DNA of 64,000 nt from Microthyrium microscopicum (GCA_010405405.1 MU004236.1:2176070-2240069), one strand, 5' to 3'; shown: positions 25,915 through 39,549, counted from the first letter of the stretch. Program-made: numbers and translations. Notes: generated by a model not told the origin, from the letters alone.

Positions 25915-26730
25915 TTATACGCCCAGGAACATCGCGCCGAATCCCAACACTCCTCCTATCCAAGATGCCCCAGTTGTCGCGCCAATAGCTTTTGAAGGTG
26001 CCGCTGTCGCGCCGACAGTCGTCGCAGCACCAACTGAAGTTGTTGGTGTAGTCTTGGTGGAAGTGCTCGTCAATGTGCTGTTTTTGCTAACCGTAGCTAC
26101 TGAGGTCGAATTCAGTCCCAAAGATGGAGCCGGCGTTGCGCAGAATCCAGGTACCGTTGCACAAATCAGGCCAGAACTACAGCAAGCTGTCATGGTTGTG
26201 CTCCCAGGCCAGGTACAAGTACTGGCCCCTAGGTTGCAAAGTCCTTCGCTGGAAGACGATGTGACTGATGGACCACCTTGAGTTGTAGCCGACCCGGTTA
26301 TTGATCCAGATGTCGTCGCTCCTCCAAGTATCACTGATGTTGTTGTACTGGCTCCTGCTCCTCCGGGGATGCAGGCAGTAGACCCGCAAGCGTCGCCCAC
26401 GTTGCAGCATCCAGCAACGCCGCCATTGAAAGTACAGACTGGTCCACCTGCTGGGCAGGCTTGACTGCATAGGCCGACTCCATTGGAGGTATAGCAGGCC
26501 GCGCCGCTGGAGCAACAGCCTGATCCATCAGGGCAGAGGGTATCAGTCGAGATTGCACAGGCTCCTGCTTGTCGAGCAAAGAGGGCCTCTAATATGTTGG
26601 GCTCTGGGAGAGCTGCTCGAGGCGTAACAGCTGGGCTGCGAGCTACGTGGAGTTCGGCATGGCGAGCGAAAATGCTTGCAGACGCTGAGAGCGAGAAAGC
26701 GAACGTGAGATATTTGAAAGCAAAAACCAT
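25915..26730 (-). CDS. Secreted, probably GPI-anchored Cys-rich / Ser-Thr-rich cell-surface protein (271 aa)
   Basis: Signal peptide MVFAFKYLTFAFSLSASAS, repeated CxDxxxCC-like Cys clusters, a Thr-rich stalk and a hydrophobic C-terminal tail (WIGGVLGFGAMFLGV). The upstream part of the 387-aa ORF is probably non-coding. Confidence 0.75.
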   Translation of the reverse strand: MVFAFKYLTFAFSLSASASIFARHAELHVARSPAVTPRAALPEPNILEALFARQAGACAISTDTLCPDGSGCCSSGAACYTSNGVGLCSQACPAGGPVCTFNGGVAGCCNVGDACGSTACIPGGAGASTTTSVILGGATTSGSITGSATTQGGPSVTSSSSEGLCNLGASTCTWPGSTTMTACCSSGLICATVPGFCATPAPSLGLNSTSVATVSKNSTLTSTSTKTTPTTSVGAATTVGATAAPSKAIGATTGASWIGGVLGFGAMFLGV

Positions 26731-27871
26731 TCTGGCAACGGTAGTTGTGCAGTAAGTTTGACAGTCCGAGAAGACAACACGACACTGTGGAACAGATATC
26801 GCCGCATATTTATCAATACAAATTCCCAAGGCCTCACACCAAGCTATATTTGCATTCAGCCGCAGTGAATCGGACAATTCTAGGCCATGCAATGCTTGAA
26901 CAGCTAAGAAAATGCTCGAGAAGACGGATTTAGAAGGCGGGGATGCAAGCATGGAGCATTGTGGCTGCAGGTTTTCGGTGCCATTGGTGTGTAAAGTCGG
27001 CACTATCTTGTATCTGCAAGAACATGCAGATATTATACGAATACACGCACTCAGCCTCTTCACCAAGACATGCTGCAATGCTCGCTCAGATGTCTCCAGC
27101 TTTGAATCGATCAGTTTGCGGCGAGGCTGTCAAAAACAGTTTGGTGACAGAGCCGCTCAAGAAGAAAACTTTAAGCAATCTCCATACCTTTTTGAGAGTA
27201 TAAACAAATTCCGCCTTTTTCGGAAAATATATTGAGGCTTGAATACATTCAAGAATAGGTATTTTCTTGGCTTCGACGAAAAGCCCGTACATGCGCTTAT
27301 TGGCTCAAAGTGGTGTTACATTACACTTAATCTGATTATAGGAAAAATGCTTCAGTTCCTAGCTTATTCAAAGATTTCACCGTTAATTCAATCATTTCGA
27401 CATAGAAGCTTCAGACAACAAAACATTACGCATGTTCCCATTAGACATCGATCAAGGAGTGACTCTTATCGTCCAGCGGCTCGGAGGTTAATTGTATGGA
27501 ACCCATAAACGGAACTTTCGGAACCAAGCTTGTAGTATCAAGATATAAAATCTTAAACCGGCTCTAGGTTCTACATTCATCGATCACTCAGCAAATTACT
27601 ATTCAGGTCACTGACAAAACCCTACTGACAGATTATTTTGACATGTGGGGATCTACTAGCCCATCCTTGTTTCACTGTTCACATGAACACTTTTGCCTCC
27701 TAAACCTTCTACAAAAACGATGATGTATCGATATCAATCTTTTCAACTTGCTATACTGCTGAAGTAAGGGGCTCACAGGGTACTCAAGCTCTTCTATTGA
27801 GGCATCTTGACATATATTCGAGTTCTTTTATAGGTTTGCCGGAATCATCTGAGCGAGATTATTCCAGAGCA

Positions 27872-29351
27872 ATGTCTGTTCCAATTCCCTTCTATCGTGA
27901 CACCCCCAATACCCGAAGGTCAGTCATATCGACAGTAAGAATTTCCCTTGACTGACAATATCAGGCGATGGGGATATACTTTCGAAAACACTCCAGAGCA
28001 TTTGACTCTGGAAAAGATGCAGCCTCTGAAGCATTCCTACGATAAGATGGCAGATGACTGTCTCATAGAGCTATACAGGATCCGAGATGAGTCAAAACAA
28101 CCGAAGCAGGATGCCGAACTTCAGGCCGAAGTCAGTCAAGCACAGAGCGGTTTAGAGAAGCCAGCAGCAAAGGGACCAGATCTCCTGACTTTACTAAGAG
28201 ACAACAAACACTCTCACCCAGCCATAACAAAGTTCTGGGATCATGTCAACGAACTTCCGCCTTGGGTCTCATGGACACAGATTGAAAGAGGCCAAGACGT
28301 GTTTTATCGGTACGGTGGTGCCGTTCTAACAGGTTTGGCATTTCAGTCACTGTTGGGAGGTATGGGAGGTGCTAGAGTCGTGGAGACACTGACACGTACT
28401 GGTGCCTTCAGCACAAAAAGCGCTCGCAAACGTCTATACGAGACCACACAACATCTTCTTCAGATCACACAAAATCTTGACAGCGTAAAACCTGGTGGCA
28501 AAGGCTGGGAGAGCAGTGTCCGTGTACGTCTCCTGCACGCCATGGTAAGGCAACGCATCTTGAAGCTCGAAAAGGAGAAGCCTGGATACTACGACGTGGA
28601 ATCCTATGGCATGCCAGTCAGTGATCTAGATTCCATCGGAACTATCATGACCTTCAGCTCTTCACTGCTCTGGCAATCGCTTCCTCGCCAAGGTCTTTTC
28701 CCTTCTTCACAAGAATGCGAAGACTATGTCGCCCTCTGGCGGTATATCGGTAACTTGATGGGCACGCCAACAGAAAGCTACTTTGATTCTGCAGCATCCG
28801 CCCGTCGAACACTCGAATCTCTTTTACTGTATGAAATTGACCCATCGCCAACGAGCCGTGTGCTATCATACAACCTCATTGCAGCACTTTCCAATAGCCC
28901 GCCAATCTACGCTTCCCCTGATATGCTACTGGCGACAGCTCGCTGGCTGCTTGGGCATGAGCTCTGTGATGCTCTGGGGCTTGGTCGGCCGCGCTCCTGG
29001 TTCTACTATGCGTTGATGGCTGGCCAGTGTATATTCTTTATGTTTGCGGTATACAGCGCTCGTCTGATACATGCATGGGATGTGCGGAAACAGGCGTTTC
29101 TACGAAAGGCATTTTGGGTAATGATTGTAGAGAGCGATACTGGCCTAAAAGGTCGGGAGGCTTCGTTTGACATGAAATGGGTTCCACGACATGGGAAAAC
29201 AACGGTCAAAGAGCAGTGGCGGGAGAAAGAAAAGGGAGAGCCAGCGGGCATTGAGATGCGTAATTTGAAGGCTTTGGCATATGGTGTGCTCAGTCTGACC
29301 GCTGTTGTAGTTTTAAGCTGGGTTTCATTGCGTGTTTTGCTAAAGAACTAA
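27872..29351 (+). CDS. ER-bound heme oxygenase-like protein, MpaB/Lcp (DUF2236) family; 2 exons
   Basis: Exon 1 MSVPIPFYRDTPNTR, intron 27919..27964, then WGYTF...PPWVSWTQIERGQDVFYRY...RLYETTQH...SVRVRLLHAMVRQRI...DYVALWRYIGNLMG, with a C-terminal TM helix. Confidence 0.85.
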
Positions 29352-30705
29352 TATGGTTACCTTCAGATTCGCAGGGTAAATACAAGTATGTCCTTGTGAC
29401 TATTGCCTCACTGTGGCATATTTCATCCACAATGGATCCTGCTCAAACCTTGGTTGGCACTCTTCTTCCAGGCTAAGTAAAATTTCCAGACCATCACTCC
29501 GGCTTTCTGGCACAGCGGGTAGAACGCCATGCCCTCCACTGAGAAAACCAACGTGAGGCGAATGTACGGCGTCAATATAACCACGCAATTTGGGCCCCCA
29601 TTGTATTTCCAACAAGTTGTAGTCCTTCCAGATCGTCATAAAGCAGTCGTAACCGGGCAGGTCTAGCAAGGCTGTAGGAACCAACTGGATACAATCAAGG
29701 ACGGAAGCCATGAGAGTGGACAAGTTGGCAATCAGCCAGCCAGCTATTGATCGCACATATTTCATGCCGATAGTCGATTCTCTCATTCGTTGTGTTTCTG
29801 CTCGAGGGTACAAGTTGATCTTCGCCGACATCAATCGAGACACAATCCAACCTCGAACATGTTAGTCTTATGTATGTCGTTCTTAGGCACAGTGATGGCC
29901 AGAAGTCATTCACACGATCGAGAGATCTTCACTTCTTTCAGCATAGCTCAAGACCAACCCAATCATGTTACAGGTCCACGAACTGCTCTGAAGCATTAGT
30001 CTATTTTGTCCCTGTGTGACAAAATAGACAGGTCATTGTGCGCAACTACGCCTTCGCTCTGCAGATTGAGCAGAGGTACTCAGGAGCACGTACAATTATA
30101 TACATACCTAGCCCTTAGTGATGGAGGCAGCCAATTAACGAGATCCAAAATCTACAAAAGTGATACTTAGTCGGCTTAGGCCACATGTATATCTGATCCA
30201 TCCGCATTTGACGACAAGCTGTGCGAACTTATGCTTACCGTTGTCCTGTCGACAACATATCAATCATATGAATTGTAGGTTAGATGGAGGACCCATACAA
30301 CAAATCTTCGTTACAAACAGTTGAAGCAGTTCTAAATCGAGGCGAATCTCAGAGTTGGTGATAGAGCGTACTTCTCGCCTTTGAATACTGCTTCAAAGAA
30401 CCGCTTAGGTATATGCACGAAGGCGAGATGCTTTGCACAATGGAGACAGAAGTGAAGGGTCCAGAGATTCATGAAAACGTAATGATATGTCATATTCCCC
30501 TCTCATAGCTTTGAAGCTCCTGAGCTCCGCAAGGCGGCTTACTAGCTCCCTAGCACATGCATAAGAGACCTTGCTTATTGCTTTGGAATCATCATCGACG
30601 AAGCTACTTGTATAAAAGCAGTACAACCAACTCCACTTACCCTTTCTCCTCCCATCAATCAACAAATCAATAATATAGCATATTCAAAGTGTTCCAAACC
30701 ATACA

Positions 30706-31131
30706 ATGGCTCACGCAACAGCTAAACTCAACGGCGTCACGATCGCTGAAGCAGACAGCTATGAAACAGTTGAGGGGTAGACTTATTCCCAAAACATCCA
30801 AATCACAAGAATGATATCTAATCTGAAAGTAGTAACATTTACTTTCCGCCATCATCACTGGTCAATAAGGACCAGTTTACCGAGACAAGCACTCGGACCA
30901 AGTGCCCATGGAAAGGCGAAGCCCGTAAGCTGCACCGTTGGCTATAGCCTGATATGATCAAGAGCCAGACTGACATGATCAGATTACTACACCATCAATG
31001 TAGATGGAAAGGAGGTTAAAGATGCTGCTTGGTTCTATCCGGCTCCATTGGACAAGGCACAGCATATCAAAGATTATGTTGCATTCTACAAGACGAAGGT
31101 TGAAATTACTTCGGAGGGAACGAAGGGCTAG
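30706..31131 (+). CDS. DUF427 domain protein; 3 exons, missed by the ORF track
   Basis: Manual splicing gives MAHATAKLNGVTIAEADSYETVEGNIYFPPSSL...TRTKCPWKGEAHYYTINVDGKEVKDAAWFYPAP...IKDYVAFYKTKVEI. The CPWKG and AAWxYP motifs are characteristic of DUF427. Confidence 0.9.
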
Positions 31132-31423
31132 TGGATGGCGATATGGAATGTGAGCTTTGATATGTACTATGTAGTTAGAACAACTATGATATATTCGTCC
31201 TCTGGAGTAGAGTATGTAAGAAGTAAACTTCCTAGGTGCAGTTCCATTGAATAATTGAATGTACATACAAATGGCCAGTGATGTTGAGTAGAGGTACCCC
31301 ACTGCCTCGGCAATTCAGGGTCGATTGACATGGCGGAGTCGCATGAAAAACATTGAAAAAGATGAAGAGAGCTCTGCCAATTCCATCCATAGCAGCAACT
31401 CTTACCAACTCATTTCATACGCA

Positions 31424-32218
31424 ATGGTCACTTACAACTTTCATATTATTTCGTTGGTGGAAGGTATATCACCGGCTGATGTTCTAGCAGTCTTGCGCCG
31501 CCAGAACATCAAGCCATTGGTCAAGGCCAAAGTCGTCAGATGGATTATTTTACCAAAAGAAATGTCCAAGATACCTCTCTTAGCCTATAATATCCACTGG
31601 GACATGCTTCTCATCCTACCAGGCGAATCCGAGCTACCACTGGAAGCAAGATCCTTCGTCAAGCATTCATGGAGCGGAAACATCGGCGTCGGATCCAGCC
31701 TCATGCAAGGCTACGAGGAGCGAAACGCCAAACTTCTACGACCACCTCCCGGAAGCGTCAAGCCAGCCGAATCATACCTCAAACCCATCTCAGAGTCATC
31801 CCAAGGACTCTCGCTATCTGCAGAGCTATCTCAATGGGTGTCGAACCTTGAAGACGAACGTCGAAAACACCCAGTCTCCATGCTGAACTTGCTCAAGTTC
31901 GCACCGAATAAACGGCAGCAGTATAAGAAGTATGGGCAGGAGTTTGCGAAACGCGTTGGATCTCGCCATGGAGGAGTCGCGAAGATTGTGGCCCATGTTG
32001 TTGGTGGGCAGGCAAAGGAGCAAGGCTGGGATGAGATCGCCTTCGCTCATTATCCAAGTATTGAACACTTTGCTGCCATGTCGGGGAGTGAGGATTATCA
32101 GGAGGTCAATAAAACGTATCGTCAGGGTGCATTGGTTGACACGTTTATCCTTTGTACGCAGGAGATTGATGATGATGGCAAGTTGGCTGGATACGTGTCT
32201 TCGTCGTCGAAGATCTGA
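31424..32218 (+). CDS. Uncharacterised fungal protein with C-terminal DUF1330-like (dimeric alpha/beta barrel) domain
   Basis: Single ORF from MVTYNF. Motifs PVSMLNLLKF...YKKYGQEF...GGVAKIV...WDEIAFAHYPSIEHFAAM...YQEVNKTYRQGALVDTFILCT. Ends in -SKI (PTS1-like). Confidence 0.7.
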   Translation: MVTYNFHIISLVEGISPADVLAVLRRQNIKPLVKAKVVRWIILPKEMSKIPLLAYNIHWDMLLILPGESELPLEARSFVKHSWSGNIGVGSSLMQGYEERNAKLLRPPPGSVKPAESYLKPISESSQGLSLSAELSQWVSNLEDERRKHPVSMLNLLKFAPNKRQQYKKYGQEFAKRVGSRHGGVAKIVAHVVGGQAKEQGWDEIAFAHYPSIEHFAAMSGSEDYQEVNKTYRQGALVDTFILCTQEIDDDGKLAGYVSSSSKI

Positions 32219-32617
32219 GTTGAGGGAGCTAAATGGATGTATCAGAGGCGTGCGCGAGAGAAACCTTTGTATGATATTTGTTGACCAAAAAGATGGAGTA
32301 CTTTCCTCAAAATGCATCAAGATTTCAACGAATATCAACACAAGAATCAGGCTAACTAGATCAGGATCTAGTGGCTGAACTGTACTGTGCGTTGATGCTC
32401 GCACTACTTGCGGCTTTGTACCATTTGCCTCTGTTGAATCCAATACCTTTACTAGCAACGACTGCTATGTCCAAGTCATGATGATTATACATTACTTTTG
32501 TTATGTAGCTCGGAAAAGGTCTAGCCTTTCCATGAAGCTTGTGCTGCGGGGCGAAATCGGAGGTTAGCCTTGTCCAAAAAATATCATTGACCGCCCTACA
32601 TTCAACAACTATCGAGG

Positions 32618-32694
32618 GAGTCATTCCGACACCAATTCACTCTCCATTGACTGCCTTTTGTGACTCTATCCGTGACTCACTTGACCTCTATAAA
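32618..32694 (+). promoter_or_regulatory. Cluster of Gcn4/CpcA-type sites plus TATA box upstream of tryptophan synthase
   Basis: GAGTCAT at 32618, TGACTG at 32648, TGACTCT at 32661, TGACTCA at 32673 and TATAAA at 32689, all within 200 bp of the ATG of an amino-acid biosynthesis gene. Confidence 0.75.
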
Positions 32695-32808
32695 TCCTCT
32701 CATTCTCTCATCCAGTTCAATCCTCTTTCCCACCCATCCATTGAGACAACTCTAGCCCATTGACCAAGAAATTCCTCATCAGGACTACTGCCCCACCAAA
32801 TATTCATC

Positions 32809-35132
32809 ATGGAAGGCATCAAAAAGACATTTGCTCGCTGCAAGCGGGACGAACGTGTAAGCCTATCTTCTAGGTCAATTGACATAGAAAACCTTAACTA
32901 ATGACCTCAAAAGCCTGCATTCGTTACATATGTCACCGCAGGCTACCCCAGCGTCGCCGCCACCGTGCCAATTATGCTCGCATTAGAGGCAGGTGGAGCA
33001 GATATCATTGAGCTAGGCGTTCCATTCACCGACCCAATTGCAGACGGCCCTACGATTCAGACAGCCAACACAATAGCATTGAAGAACAAGGTTACTACCA
33101 GCATGTGCCTGCAGATGGTTCGGGATGCGCGTGCAAAGGGTCTCAAGGCGCCAGTACTGTTGATGGGCTACTATAACCCTGTGCTCAGCTATGGTGAGGA
33201 CCGCTTGATCAAGGACTCGAGAGAGGCTGGTGTCAATGGCTTCATCATGGTTGATCTGCCGCCAGAGGAGGCTGTGAAATTCCGCAACCACTGCAAGAGC
33301 GGCGGGTGAGTTTACCTTCGACCATTGGCGAGCGCAATGGCTAACAGTTGTGATGCTTAGACTTTCCTACGTACCCTTGATCGCACCCGCCACGTCCGAA
33401 GCACGCATGAAGCTGCTTTGTAGTATCGCCGATTCCTTCATCTACGTCGTCTCACGCATGGGTGTTACTGGTGCCACAGGAACACTAAACACTGGCCTAC
33501 CCGATCTTCTAAAACGCGTACATTTGTGGTCGAATAATGTTCCAGCCGCGGTTGGATTTGGTGTTAGCACAAGAGATCATTTCCTCTCGGTTGGTAGCAT
33601 TGCCGAGGGAGTCGTAATTGGTAGTCACATCATCACCACGATTGCTGAAGCTGCAGAAGGCCAGGAGGCACAGGCGGTACAGAAATACTGCTCAGAGATT
33701 AGTGGTAGGACTGGCGAACCCTCGACAACAAGAGAGGTGGGGATGATTGAAGCACTCAATGAGGCTCGAGAACCAGAGAACGTCCAGGTTGATGGTGTGA
33801 TTACGGACAAGGATACTGATGGACCTGGATTAGTTGATCAGATCGAGGCGCTCAATACTGATGGGTTCAATCCATCTTTGCCTGCTAGATTTGGCGAGTT
33901 TGGTGGCCAATACGTTCCCGAGTCGCTCATGGATTGTTTGACTGAGTTGGAAGACTGCTTCAACAAGGCCAAAGATGATCCGGAGTTCTGGAAAGAATAT
34001 CAATCATACTACCCATATATGGGACGGCCTGGTCAACTCCATTTGGCCGAACGACTCACTGAGCATTGCGGCGGTGCCAACCTCTGGTTAAAGAGAGAAG
34101 ATCTGAACCATACTGGAAGCCACAAGATCAATAACGCACTCGGCCAAGCACTACTGGCAAGACGATTAGGCAAGAATGAAATCATCGCTGAGACTGGAGC
34201 CGGTCAACACGGTGTCGCAACCGCAACAGTATGCGCCAAATTTGGCATGAAATGCACCATCTTCATGGGCGCCGAAGACGTCCGCCGTCAAGCATTGAAC
34301 GTATTCCGCATCAAACTCCTAGGCGCGCAAGTCATCGCAGTCGAATCCGGCACCAAAACTCTCCGCGACTCCGTCAACGAAGCTCTTCGATCTTGGGTCA
34401 CAAATCTCTCAACGACACACTATATCATCGGATCCGCAATCGGACCTCATCCATTCCCAACAATCGTGCGCACATTCCAATCCGTTATTGGCAACGAGAC
34501 AAAGATGCAAATGCAGCAAAAGCGCGGCAAGCTCCCCGACGCTGTAGTAGCGTGCGTCGGCGGCGGCAGCAACGCAGTCGGCATGTTCTACCCCTTCTCC
34601 AACGATCCTTCTGTCAAACTTCTCGGCGTCGAAGCAGGCGGTGACGGCGTGCATACCGCCAAGCACAGCGCGACCCTAACCGGCGGAACTAAAGGTGTGC
34701 TCCACGGAGTCCGTACCTACGTTCTCCAAAACGAGCACGGCCAAATCACCGACACGCACTCCATATCCGCTGGACTAGATTATCCCGGCGTAGGCCCAGA
34801 ACTCAGTAGTTGGAAAGATAGTGAGCGGGCCAAATTCATTGCTGCGACGGATGCAGAGGCCTTAATTGGATTTCGGATGTTGAGTCAATTGGAAGGTATT
34901 ATTCCAGCTTTGGAATCGGCGCATGGGATTTATGGGGCGATGGAGCTAGCGAAGACGATGAAGAAGGATGAGGACATTGTGATCTGTTTGAGCGGACGTG
35001 GTGATAAGGATGTGCAGAGCGTTGCGGACGAGTTGCCGAATCTTGGACCACAGATTGGATGGGATTTGAGATGTAAGTGCATTGTTGAGTTTGAACTTGA
35101 TAATGAAAATGCTAACAAAGTGAACAGTTTAA
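32809..35132 (+). CDS. TRP5: Tryptophan synthase, fused alpha+beta (Trp5/TrpB); 4 exons
   Basis: [12 protein letters not shown]...[19 protein letters not shown] (alpha) and [22 protein letters not shown]...[14 protein letters not shown]...[14 protein letters not shown]...LSGRGDKDV (beta). The terminal 5-nt exon TTTAA at 35128-35132 gives ...WDLRF*. Confidence 0.97.
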
Positions 35133-36329
35133 AAGAAGTTCTTCAGTTAAGAGCTTTCAGGCCGCTAACGTATGAGATGGACGTCTAGACAGCGATGCTG
35201 TTGAACGAAGGGAATTATACACATTTCGAAGGGACCTCATTGTAAGATTAGGGAATATTAGAGTATTTTGTACTGTTGAGGTTTTTTTTTTGAGCTACCA
35301 GTGATTTCAGGGGCTTCATAAAAAGTAAAGAGTATGCGGCTCTGCGGGAGAAAAAGGGCTTGTGGCTGAAGTCTGTTTTACATAATTCCATGGCTTTCGG
35401 GACCTGAGTGCTTTGCGTGACCTGAGTTGATGGCAGAGCGTAGCAGAGTGGAAATAGGCAATTAACTCTGGTCCCAAGCTAATATCCACCCATCATGAAT
35501 AGACATGAAGATTTGACAGTAAATGGGTGTGCTTGCCCCTGAAGAAGATGCAGGTTTAAAGTAGCTTTTTAATTTCACATGCTCTATGTAATATGGCTAC
35601 TAGTATCGTGTCGTCACTGCCTAAATGTTCGATTGCGACTGTCGTTTGTATGATATGAGTAATGACGGGAGCTTTACAATGGCAGATATGAGCTGATAAG
35701 ATGTATTATATCGGCTCGGAGAATTGACATTGATATCACGGCAAAGAATAAGATATCCGAAAGTGCAGGAGACGCGATACGATAAATGGCCTGGATAGCT
35801 GCAGCTAGGCCAAGTATCTCCTGCGGGAAGTTAAAGTTCAACGCCAAAAATAGAGATATCAGCTTATTACTGGACCGCAACGTAGACCTAACAATTATAC
35901 TTGTACCTCACACTAATTTGTATGTTGTGGCGTTACCTGTTTGTTCTCCAGAGTCCAGCTGTCAGGTCTGTGTTTAGCTACTTCCTTCAATTGCCCTGAT
36001 CTGACTTGATCTTTCTTTCTTCACTTCACCACTGCCTGCCACCAAGACTTCCATCCCGTCAAATCCACTGTCCCACATTACACAAGTCCTACAATCTCGA
36101 CCGCTCCCAATAACACCTCATCTACCACCTCCGCCCTACCATCGCTCCCTGAGCTACCTCCCATCCACGCGGCATTCTCCGTTATCCATACATCTCTCCT
36201 TTGGGACCAGAGTGATGGCAGCTTGATCTAGGTCCCAAACCTGGAAAGCTGTCTTCTTACTGCTGCGCCTAATAACTTACGCCACCCCCTACAGCACTCG
36301 ATCTCGTACAAGCTATAACATCATTGACA

Positions 36330-39192
36330 ATGGCGACCGTCGAGCAAAACCCCCCCACAACGCCCTCCAAGGCAACCCACGACAAGAGTGATGAAGAACG
36401 GGTATGGCCATCTCAGAGCAGAGCTTATTGTCAAAGCTAATAGTTCTAGGATGCGTTTGAAGACAATACTGATATCACGCCCAAGCCACGAGCTCGTTCT
36501 CCTGCAGCTACCAGATCGTTGACCGAAAGACGACCTTCCTCTGCCTCATCTACAAGCAAAGACATGAAGTCAATTGAGTCTACATCAACGACAGTAGAGG
36601 AGGATAAAGAAAATACTACTAGGGATGATACGATCAAGAAACCATTACCATTGCCTAGAAGGACAGTGGTTCCCAAAACCGAAAACATGGACGAAGTAAA
36701 TCTCGCAGATGGTAAGTGCCACTCTTTTCGCTTGCTATTCAATGGAGGACACTGCTGCAGCTGGCCATTGGCAAAATCTTACATGATCTTTCGGTTTCTG
36801 CACTCTGGACCTAGGGAATGAGGTGTTCTCCCAATTAGTCCATTCATGTTCCACCTCAACACCACAGGCCGCATTTCGGGTCCTTTCACATTTTATCTAA
36901 CCATATACAATAGACAATACTCGGTCAACGTCTCCCTCGAAACTTAACAATGCCGTCTCCGAGCCTAAAAGTACTCCCGTCCACCTTGCTCGAACGCCGT
37001 CCCAAGACTCCCAACCACATCGTTATTCGGACACTTCCCTCAAGTCTCCCGACAAACCACCCCTTGCTCCATCAATTTCAGACAAGGCTGCCAACATGGT
37101 ATCCGGTCGCTTCAAGAGTCCATTTTCGTTTTTTACCCGCAACCAGACAGAAAAGAAGCCAAGCACCGTGACTTCGCCCATCTCTGACCGCCCACATAGC
37201 ATGAATGGGCCGAGATTCGATCGGGCAAATTCCACAGATGGCCAAGATCGCAATAGTCAGGCAAGTTTGAGGGATAGATTCAAGGCTGTGCGTATGCGAG
37301 AAGAAGCGGGCATTGCATCAGTGGGTGAAGAGCTAGTTCCAGATACCCCAGTCTCACCAGCTCTTGATGATCAGGTTGAATCGCCAAGCGCCAATCGACG
37401 AAAGTCGAGCTCGACAATTGCGTCTGTAAATCCGACCATCAATCCCAATTTAGCGCCTGGGACTGCTGCTGGCATAGCTGAAGGGCCTCGAGACGATGGC
37501 AACGCAGTCGATTGGGATCTATGGCAAGCTGTGGTTACTGAAGGACCTGCAGCAGTGGCGCGAACAAGCTCAGAAGAGCTGAGCCATGCAATTGCTGCAG
37601 GTATACCACAAGCCATTCGAGGCGTTATCTGGCAGGTTTTAGCCAACAGCAAGAATGAAGAGATGGAGAAATTCTACTTTGAACTCGTCGCGCGAGGCAC
37701 TGAGAAGGAGCGGGCGCTCAACGGACACGCAGACACCAATGGTCATACTAATGGAAAGGAGTCGATAGCATCCTCTGCTTCATCCATATTGTCAGAAAAA
37801 TCTGGTGCAGCAAATGGTTTGAGTAATTCGCCGCCACCATCAGTTGAGGGATACACAAATCCACAAACTCCAAAACCAAAGTCTGCGAAAGAGGAAGTGG
37901 CCCACATCCAGTCCCTTGAGAAAGTGATCAAACGAGATCTCGGCGGCCGCACGAGTTACTCGAAATACCTCATGTCATCAGGACTACAAGATGGTCTTTT
38001 TGGTATTTGCAAGGCATATGCTCTTTATGATGAAGAGGTCGGCTACGCTCAAGGCATGAACTTCATTGCTATGCCACTACTTTTTAACGTAAGCTGAATG
38101 CAGAAATTAAAGGAAACCACTAACATATATTTAGATGCGTGAAGAAGAAGCGTTCTGTCTCTTCGTGCGACTCATGTCCAAGTATGGCCTTCGCGATCTA
38201 TTTACCCAAGACATGCCAGGTCTACATCTTCAAATTTATCAATTCGAACGCCTCCTGGAAGATTTCGAGCCTGCGCTATACTGCCATTTAAACCGACGCG
38301 GCGTTACCCCAAACCTCTACGCAACGCAATGGTTTCTTACTCTATTCGCCTATCGCTTCCCTTTACAACTAGTCCAGCGTATTTACGACCTCATTCTTTC
38401 TGGCAGCCTCGAACTCGCCATCCTAAAGTTCGGTCTCGTCCTGATGCAGAAGAACAAGGCTGAACTTCTTGCTATGCGTGACATGAGCGCTCTCTCGCAG
38501 TTCTTGAAGGAGAAACTCTTTGACGCCTACATTGACCGCACGCCCTCGTCTAGCAGTATCCTGGAAAGCGGTTTCTTCGGCTCCACCGGTGGTGTTGATA
38601 AGGAGGTTTACCGTGCCGACCTGATGGTGCAAGATGCAGTTGCGCTACCGGTCACCGAGGAGATGCTTCGCGGCTATGCAACTGAGTGGGAAGAGAAGAC
38701 ACGCACTGAACGCGAACGCGAGACTGAACTTGAAGGACTCCGTTCCCAATGTGCCAACTTATCTGTCAAGGTACGCCGCTTAGAGGAGCGTGTGGAGAAG
38801 AACGACCAGGAACATGTCACAGTCGCTTCAGAGCTTGTTCGTACCAAAGTGGACAATGAGACTCTGCTGGACGAGAATGAAAGTCTCAAGGGCCAAGTGG
38901 AAGAACTCAAAGCCGTGGTTGCCCGACAGACGGAAGAGGTGGAGAATCGTCTTCGCGGTGAAATGGACGAGGTCATGAAGCGCAACAGCGAAGTGCATAA
39001 TGCGAACCGGGCTATTGAGGAAGAAAAGTCTGAAATGGAGCGAGATTTGGTTGAGACGAAGATGAAGCATGCACAGGTAAGCGGTCCTGCTCACTAACCA
39101 TCATTACATCACCACTAACGCAATTCTAGATAAATTCTGAGCATGAGGCATTGAAGCAGCGGTGGAACAGTATCATCCAGATGATGAAATAA
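36330..39192 (+). CDS. GYP5: Rab GTPase-activating protein, TBC domain + coiled coil (Gyp5-like); ~5 exons
   Basis: VDWDLWQAVV...GIPQAIRGVIWQVLA...IKRDLGGRT...VGYAQGMNFIAMPLLFNM.EEEAF...LYATQWFLTLFAYRFPL, followed by a coiled-coil tail. Confidence 0.9.
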
Positions 39193-39549
39193 GTCTATGG
39201 CCTCTGTGATCACTTTTCATGATATCCAACCAGCAACCGTCTGTCAACGGTATACTCTGGCTTTCATACTCTGCTTTGCGGTACAAAGCCGTTCTCATAT
39301 GCTCAGGCCACTACAATGGTGTATACCCAGCGTTATGATCTTGTAAAATCAAGTCAATAGTACTACTAATTGATTTGCGTCTCTGCGTGGACGATTCCTC
39401 TCCTGGATGAGTCCTTGGGAGTGGAGGTTTATGTAAATATTATATATGAATATCAAAGCTATGAAAATGCCAACGTTCTCCATCTTCCCTCCCATACTGT
39501 ACACTTCTCTACTTCCCTTTTCTCCCTCACCCTTCGTATATTGTCCCCA

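Noticed and set aside
26731..27078. N-terminal 116 aa of the 387-aa ORF
   Set aside because: The signal peptide begins at the internal Met (26730); the upstream part looks like chance open frame in UTR/promoter.
29400..29843. 147-aa minus-strand ORF, faintly ankyrin-like
   Set aside because: No recognisable motif or convincing gene structure; it may be a relic or spurious.
35073..35188. Extended TRP5 C-terminus shown in the ORF track
   Set aside because: It is read-through of a canonical intron (GTAAGT...GCTAAC...CAG). The spliced form ends WDLRF*, and the extension has no targeting signal.
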